A DNA stretch of 63,544 bases, filler included, from Intoshia linei (lineage: Eukaryota; Animalia; Orthonectida), in the NCBI GenBank assembly GCA_001642005.1. It is 9 parts of 9 records of this genome, joined end to end, with 100 filler letters (N's around TTAATTAATTAA, not from the genome) between each part and the next. Parts side by side here need not be neighbours in the genome. Positions count along the whole stretch, not along the records: positions 55,581 to 57,548 come from LWCA01002447.1; positions 57,649 to 63,544 come from LWCA01001735.1; 7 more parts are not named here. One strand, given 5' to 3'. Positions 55,940-63,544 of this stretch are shown here, piece by piece. Position 1 is the stretch's first letter. The number at the start of each line of letters is the position of its first letter. The position numbers and the translations under genes are program-made. Under the pieces are notes generated by a model. It had not been told where the DNA came from, made no database searches, and saw only the letters and a program-made list of their open reading frames with translations.

Positions 55940-56600
55940 TTAGAAGCGATGCAAGGCAGAACCTGTTCTTAATGGCGGATTTTGGTTTATGGTCTCTATG
56001 TTAGTTGGTTAAAGATTAAATATTTTTGATCAAAGTATGATGTAAATTAGTGTTAGGATCTATGAACCAATGTATACGTTTAAGAAGCTTTAGACTTTTA
56101 CTTAAGAGATCATAATTTGAGGTACGTTCCCACTTCTTGAAGACGGATGTACTTCCTGAAGTAGATGATCCCAAGTATGGAATACAATCACCCAATAGTT
56201 TTGTTTTTATTCAATCTAGGACATGTTATTAAAGTCACATGTGATCTGTTATTATCTAAATGAGAACATTTATTAATTTGAGGCAATGGAGTGAACATTT
56301 CATAGGGATGTGAAACTGATTCCAAGGAGAGGTTTTTCTCATGATCTGGTTCTTAAGTCATCTGCAAATTTTGATGAACAATCCCACATGTTGTAAATTT
56401 TTTTTTGATTGTTTTGAGGTTTTTGATTATTAAAGCTTTAGCTTTGATTAATCTCAGATATACAATGGTAGAGAATTTTATTGAGAAAGTGAGTCTAATA
56501 GTTTTTGCATTTTGTATTGTACAATATATCGAATCAGTGTATCTATATAGTGTAGACCAAGAAACTAGATATAAACCTAGGGAAAAAGAGTTTTATCTTA
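55940..56600 (-). pseudogene. Endogenous viral element: fragment of a rhabdovirus-like (Mononegavirales) L polymerase, end of RdRp through PRNTase capping domain
   Basis: Minus-strand translation across frameshifts: LFFPRFISSF / IQNAKTIR / MWDCSSKFADDLRTRS*EKPLLGI / VSHPYEM / GDCIPYLGSSTSGSTSVFKKWER / IHWFIDPNTNL...NI*SLT / RTGSALHRF, collinear with vesiculovirus L motifs. Confidence 0.9.
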
Positions 56601-57161
56601 TATATTTATATTTATAGTTTCTATATTTTATTTATTTATTACGGAATTTATTTTGAAGTGATTTAAATTCATATTCGTCTAAACGTTACATTAATTTATG
56701 TTAATATAGTATGATACAAATTATGAATTTAATTAAATTATCGAATGTGGCTCTCTGGACTGCAGAATCTTGACTCGAAGTTCTGCTTTTCCAAACGCCT
56801 GTTGATATCGACACTTAGGCGTTGCTTTTCTAGTACGATCTTTAACACGTTTGCAAGAATTGTTTGATTGAAATCAAGATGTTCGGAAAGATTTGAATTT
56901 GTCACTACCTTTCCAGAGATTACAACTCGCCCGATGTTCGATCTCTTGTGTCTTTATTGTGTTGAATGTCATTGTTGTGGTGTGGTCGGCTGCGCTAATT
57001 GCTGATTTCAACCTAGAGAATTTTACTTATTCGACCACATAAGCGATTACATTTAAGGTCCCAGTGTGTGCATTACGGTGCGGATAAAGTACGAGAGTAC
57101 CGTTGTGTTGCGTGCAAAACGGAACGTACTGATTTGAATTTGACATTATAAATATATGTAA

Positions 57162-57290
57162 CTAGCTTGGGAGTTTTGTACTACGTACAAATAGCACTTA
57201 GGTCTGTCAAGGGTTTTTTTATTATACGGAAAAAATAAATTCACGTTGAAAATCTCACTTAAAAATGCTACTATTATCTATTATCAATGT
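57162..57290 (-). mobile_element. Helitron-type 3' terminal copy
   Basis: Reverse complement ends GTGCTATTTGTACGTAGTACAAAACTCCCAAGCTAG|T with the shared upstream block. Confidence 0.68.
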
Positions 57291-57399
57291 TTTGTTTTGT
57301 TAACATTTGCGTAAAGAATTTAAAAACAATTTTTATCCCATTTTTTTAATTTATTAGACAGAATGTATGTATAATATTAAAAATAAAGTAAAAATAGTC

Positions 57400-57548
57400 C
57401 AATCCTAAAAATTAAATTGCCATAAATAGCATAAATTTTAGAAAAAATAAAATTATAAAAAATATATTGTCATTTTTAATGTGATAACATCTATTATCAA
57501 TTTAATAAATACTTAAAAATACCAATTATGTATAAATAATTAATTGAA
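57400..57548 (-). repeat. Dispersed repeat shared with ~63-150 and 18993-19060
   Basis: Reverse complement matches AATTGGTATTTTTAAGTATTTATTAAATTGATA...AATGACAA and ...ATTTATGCTATTTAT...TTTTTAGGA. Confidence 0.65.
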
Positions 57549-57961
57549 NNNNNNNNNNNNNNNNNNNNNNNNNNNNNNNNNNNNNNNNNNNNTTAATTAA
57601 TTAANNNNNNNNNNNNNNNNNNNNNNNNNNNNNNNNNNNNNNNNNNNNTGTGAAGTTTTTTCTGGCTTACAAAAAGTATTTTAAATTTAATTTAATTTAA
57701 TTTAAATTTTAACGTAAGATAATCGGTTCTAGTATACATTAATGTATTTAATAAAATAAATTTCAGGACAATCTGAAAATTAAGTAGTAAAATAATTATA
57801 AAGAGCCAATTATAGTAAAAAGTATTTAAAACGGTATTTAAAGTTTTAAAAATATAAAAATAAATAATTTACATATTTACGCAAAGGGGTACAAAAATTA
57901 TTCTGTAAAATAAATACTTACAAAATATGATATAAAACATTAATGTACATTAATATTATAG

Positions 57962-60900
57962 GTTGATAACATCAATCTACTGTTTAATAAAAAGAGAAAT
58001 GATCCAGATATATACAGAAGTTTGCCGGTGACAGCAGGTTCGATTTACTGGGAAAAAGCGTTATTTCATCGGATAAAACACACTATAGTTCGGTTTTTGT
58101 CTGTTGAAAACATGTTGAATTCTGATATAGGCAAAATGGTTTTATTTGTTGATTAAATTATACATTTTAAAATTATTTAGACAAAAGCCCATTACCTGTG
58201 TGTTGCGAAAAAAATGAAAAAATATGAAGACGAATTATATTCATCATGGGCGAAACGTGTGGAAATTAGTTTACCTCAACTTATGCGAAAGCATTTATTA
58301 TCCACATATAGTAATCTAGAAAAAAGTGAAAAATCAGCATCTGTTTTACTAGGTTATTGATTATAACAATGCGTCATTAGTATATCTATTAGAATGGGTT
58401 TATTGTCCAGATAACGTTTTAAAATAGGGCGAAATAACCCCAGCCCCAGGAACAACAAAATATCCAATAACGAAGGATATTATTTGGTTTACTTAGAACT
58501 GATGTTGGACTTAAGTGATCAGGACTAGAGCCTTTTAATGAGTCGGGCAAACAAAATATTTTTTAAATATTGGATACGGGTAGGGCGAGAAGAGATAAAA
58601 ATTAAAACTTTTTTATTTCAATAAAGTTAATTGCAATAATTTACTTACATATAATTTTCCATGTCGGAATTTATTATAGAATGTATATTATGGGTGTGAA
58701 TTTTATTACTTATATATGGAAATTTATGGATCAGGAATGAATAAACTCGTGTGAAAAATTAACGTAATCGTGGGTATAACTCATAAAAATGAAGTTATAA
58801 ATGCATTTGACAACGAGATAATGATATTAAGTAATAGCAGTAATTTCAATAAGGTACTACTAGAAAATTATATACCAAACATATAATTTTATGTAGAAAA
58901 TGAATTAACATAATAAATTATATATTCATTCTAAACTGAGTGGTAATAAAGATAGTTACTCTAATGTTGCTCTATTGTTACTGTACAGTTTAATGGTTAA
59001 ACTGAAAAAAAATTATTTTGGAGAATTTTTAGGTGAGTCGCTTGCCGTTTTAAAAATTCCATTCAAAAATGTTCTACCAAAACTAAAATATAACTTTATT
59101 TAATAGATTTTATGATTAGAGAATGTAGTTATGTTTTGAGTAGTCTTGGTTGATCGCCATTTCCCTTATTTCTTTAAAACCACTAATCACGTGTTACGTT
59201 TAAACTGTAAAATTACATATATTTCATAATTAATAAATAATATACATGTATAATATACATTGTATATAATATGTATAATATCACATGTAAGATGAAAAAT
59301 TTTAAAAACCAAAAATTTAGTCGAAATAAATATGGAAAATTTACGGTATAGTGTAAATTTTAATAGCGATCTATATGAAATAATATCTGAATCAAAATAT
59401 TTGGAAAAAATAGGATTTAAAATTCCTGATATGACTAAAAATGTGTCTTTACAAGTAATATGCAATTTATATTTAAGTTATAAATTGTATAGGAGGAACA
59501 ATATATTCATTTTGTTACTAAACTAAATAAAATTTGTAAAAAATACGATGAAACTATCAATCTGCTTTCATTATCAGAAGTAATATATTTTCTATTTATT
59601 AAAAATTATCAATGATTTATTCTTTAGATTGACCTTTTGACCACACAAATTATTGCTTTACAAAGAGTTTTCAGTTCTGGTGTTAATAGACTAAATTGGA
59701 CTTCTCTCGGAATATCTGAATTTATTGAGAAATGTCAATCTGTAATATATATTATATATACAGTTGTGGTCATAAAAACGCGTCATATCTACCCCTTTTG
59801 ATGAAAAAATTGTGTAGTTATTCTATCTTTATGGTTAAGGTAATTATTTTTTTAGAAGATGAAATTGTTCCTTATTTCTATGTTAGCGCCGATATATTAC
59901 ATTTTTATTTAAAATTCAGAATGTGTGTATTTTTTAATGAATCCATTTCTTTCAATTATTTGCCGTTCATAGACTCCAGAATGTAAAAAAACCGAATGAA
60001 ACAGACCTATAAATATTAAATTATTCCCGAAAAATTTTACTTTTGAACACTTTCTGTATACGTAATATGCTCCAAGGCCATTATGGAACATATTAGTCCA
60101 ACATTTTAATTCGAGTAAATAAGCTTTCGTTGTAATTGAAAAACGTTATTCCTTTTTACCATCAACATTTTTATGGATTTTAATTTTTTATTTCATGAGA
60201 TGTAGCTTCATTTGTACTTTATGTATTACTGTGCTAAACTTTTTTTACTCTAAACTTTAAAAAATTTTTTGGCCACAATTGTATGAAATATAGATTTGAT
60301 ATAAATAGATATAAATAAATTAATTTTTGAATTTATAGGGTAATGGAAAATTTGAATCTCTTGTCAATCAAATACACAAGGTATATAATAAAATCAAATT
60401 ATATAAAATATAAAAATACACACAAGTGCACTACACTAAGTGCAGCCTAAGTGCATTCAATTCAAACTCAAATACATGGCGGTTTCATTATTTTGAAACG
60501 TTTTTAGGCAGACCGCATGACAAAATTTTTTTTAACATCACCTTTGGAACATTATAATATGAATCATTGTGTAATAATGTACAATGTGTATTTGTAAACG
60601 TCAAATCAGATATTAATGGACGTTATAGATTCAATATACAATAAAAGTACATAATTTTTTAAATAAATGTATGCTCTTGGGGCTATGAAAAGACTTTTTA
60701 GAAAGAATACTATTTTTTTTAATAATTAATTCGTACAGATCAAAAAAATCTTTTTTTAATGTTAGACAACGTGTTATGCATGATATCACATCATTTTTAT
60801 AAATTTAGCATTAATGGTGAGTTATCATTAATTAATAAAAATTATTTTTAATGGTATCATTGATATCAGTAAATGTAAACTTCGCGGAGTTTAGTTTTAG

Positions 60901-63152
60901 GTTTAGTTTATTGATAATGATGATAAAAAATTAATTTTGAAAGATTTAATAAAATAAAAATATCATATATATTAATGTATTATTGTTATTAATAATATAA
61001 TGTAGTATATATAAATATAAGATGTCGGGAGTGAAAAATTTGTAATGGACCGGAAGTGTGACACTTCCGGTGTAATATATACATATTTAAATATATATGT
61101 ATAAACAAACGACTATGATATTGTTAAATATTATTATATGTCAATCTAGAATTCTAATGACATTGATAAACGAATTAATCTAATAGAAAATGCTAAATTA
61201 TTCAATTATATTGGAAAAAATAAATCAACACCAGAATGCAAAGTAAGCTAAATTATTATTATCATTGTACATTAATATACAACTGTAATTTGCAACATTT
61301 TCATAATGGTTCAAAACATTTAATTTGATTTGAATTTCAAAAATTTCTGAATGAAATGTCAGTTTAATGTTCATGCATTTACATAAGGCGTTATAATAAT
61401 ATCATCAATAATATTATTAATTTATTTATTATATATTAATTATTATCAATATATATAATAATATTAATAACACGGTGCGCATTCTGAAAAACACCTAAAC
61501 TTGTGTTATATCATTAAATCGATAATTTCATGTTGATTCTAATAGTATAAATATTAAGGAGTGACGAGGTCATAATTATTTGCAATTATAGTTTTAAATT
61601 AATATTATTTTAAAACCGTCGCATAAGTAACTCGTTATTTTTCCATACAATAATATCAATTAGTTTATTGTATAAAGTGTAATTATATTTTTATTTTACA
61701 CATAAATTGTGATTGTAAATATCATTCGGATGCTGATAAATATTGCTACATTATTTGAAAGCAGGTACAAAAAAATATGATATAAGTATGCTATGTGATT
61801 ATCTATGTACTGTAAAATCATTATATCATTTAATTGTGTATATTATATTTTTTTAATTTATTAAATTACTCGTAATTATTTAATACGATCAGAATTTTAT
61901 AAGTAGAACATGGACTAATGACTATGCATATGTCGAGTATGTATATCACACGTCACGTGTTAGGTGTTTTTCTTTCTCTAAAAACGGTGGTTTTACCCTT
62001 ATAGACGGAAAAAAATGTATATATTAAAAAAATATTTTTTCACTTTAATTCAATATTGGTAAATACACAAGTTAATGTAATATAATATTAAAATATATAA
62101 ATTATGTGAATGTTAACGCCATAAATCACACATAAGTAATAATGTTCAAGCCTCATTTTTAATATCTTAGCGACCACCACCGAAGGTTATATATGGCTCT
62201 TTTTAACCGTGAAAGTGAGTTTTATTTGATGTAATATACCAATGTTAGGTGTTTTTTAAAATGCGCACCGTGTAATAATATAATCAATATTATGATAAAA
62301 TACTTATTGATTAATATTGTTTGTAGGAATATTTTAACAATATCAGATCAAATTTAAATGATACGTTAAAAGTTTTGGCACAAAAATATAAAGAAATTGC
62401 ACCGCTACTAATTAAAATTGAAACCCTGGTTGTCCTAACTAGCACAGGAAAAGAACCAAGATTAAAAAAATATTATGCTTATTGGGAAAAGAAGATATAT
62501 GAATCATTAATTAGTGTATATATTTATATTAGTTTAACAGTTAAAAAATTTGAAGATTTATTGATATTAATATTTTATTATACTATTATTATTATATTAA
62601 TATACTTTATGATTTAACGGAATTTTAGATGATAATAACTAATTTCAAACATTTTCGTGATGCTTTAAATTCTAATAGACCGTTATTTACAATTGAAGCA
62701 ATACTAATTCCACCTGATGCTGTTTTATCTCCATTGTCCAACGATATTTATAAAATTATATTACAGTCTATTCGTGATGCCATCGAAGAGTAATAATATT
62801 TATGCATTATAATTATAACTTATTATTATATTGTATTATTATAATATATTGTATTATATTATATTCTATTATCATTTATGTCTGCTAGTTACTTTGATAA
62901 TTAGCAATTAAAAAAAAATTTAGACAAAAAATATTTTATCGATGGATGAACGGAACTTGTATTGAAGTCCCTCCTCAAAAAATGGCCAATGGCGAATTAT
63001 GTGTTTTTTCGTATTTTTACGACATATCGTTAAATGCTGATATATTGGATATTGTCTATGAAATTCAAACAAATATTAAGAAAATGTTGTATAGTCTCAC
63101 TAAATCTATTTACAAATGGCGCAAGTTTAGAACCATGTGGAGACAAGACAAG
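57962..63152 (+). CDS. DNAH10: Axonemal dynein heavy chain 10-like, internal exons of the N-terminal tail; partial at both ends
   Basis: Ten in-phase exons: LPVTAGSIYWEKALFHRIKHTIVRF...MKKYED..Y..W...LPQLMRK; YSVNF...EIISESKYLE..GF.IP; RLNWTSLGI; GKFESLVNQIHK; YKEIAPLLIKIE.LV..TSTGK....YYAYWE; F.RWMNGTCIE.PPQ. Confidence 0.9.
61471..62272. mobile_element. Non-autonomous CAC-terminus element (Chapaev3/CMC-like) in DNAH10 intron
   Basis: ~28-bp TIRs CACGGTGCGCATTCTGAAAAACACCTAA / TTAGGTGTTTTTTAAAATGCGCACCGTG; TAA (TAATAA) on both flanks. Confidence 0.75.
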
Positions 63153-63544
63153 GTAATGTAATAAATAATACTATTATTCAAGATGTTTTAAATAATATTA
63201 TGAGCTATATCATAAGAAAACCCTTTAAATAATAAAAAATAAAGATTGTTATCACATTAACTAGCACATTATTTTACACATTTTTACCAAAATATTGAGA
63301 CTTTGATGAAGCATGACTTTTAAGATACCTTTATAACCTCACATAAATTATATATATTTGGAAAGCTCTAATTTAATTAACATTTATAGCATACTGTTAA
63401 AGTGATAAAATTAATATATGTTTTGATTATTAGCGTAATGTTAGATACATTTACAATTCTTTAATTTGTGCCCTGAAAATGCTATTTTAAAGATGGTACA
63501 TCTATTTCAGTTCCAATTGAAATTATTTTCTTGACTTTACGAAC

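Noticed and set aside
56405-56617. Plus-strand 70-aa hydrophobic ORF as a membrane protein
   Set aside because: Antisense shadow of the viral L fragment on the minus strand.

Overview
Very AT-rich eukaryotic (metazoan) genomic DNA with many ~35-55 nt introns, made of nine contigs joined by eight identical 100-bp linkers (44 N + TTAATTAATTAA + 44 N). Ciliary dynein, a cell-surface Ig protein, very short introns and a highly diverged rRNA suggest a reduced ciliated invertebrate; an orthonectid such as Intoshia is my unverified guess. Spliced genes reconstructed by hand: WDR5 (complete), METTL16 (complete), a nephrin/kirre-like multi-Ig protein (3' partial), a CLC-7-like Cl-/H+ exchanger (5' partial), the last two exons of POLR3B, part of axonemal dynein DNAH10, and a few orphan genes. 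One contig is an rDNA fragment (18S-ITS1-5.8S-ITS2-28S). Introns and intergenic DNA are full of decayed DNA transposons (hAT, Tc1, pogo/Tigger, piggyBac, Chapaev-like, Helitron-like). The most notable signal is absent from the ORF track: a frameshifted endogenous viral element at ~55940-56600 (minus strand) derived from the mRNA-capping (PRNTase) region of a rhabdovirus-like L polymerase. All homology calls come from manual translation and recalled reference motifs, not database searches.
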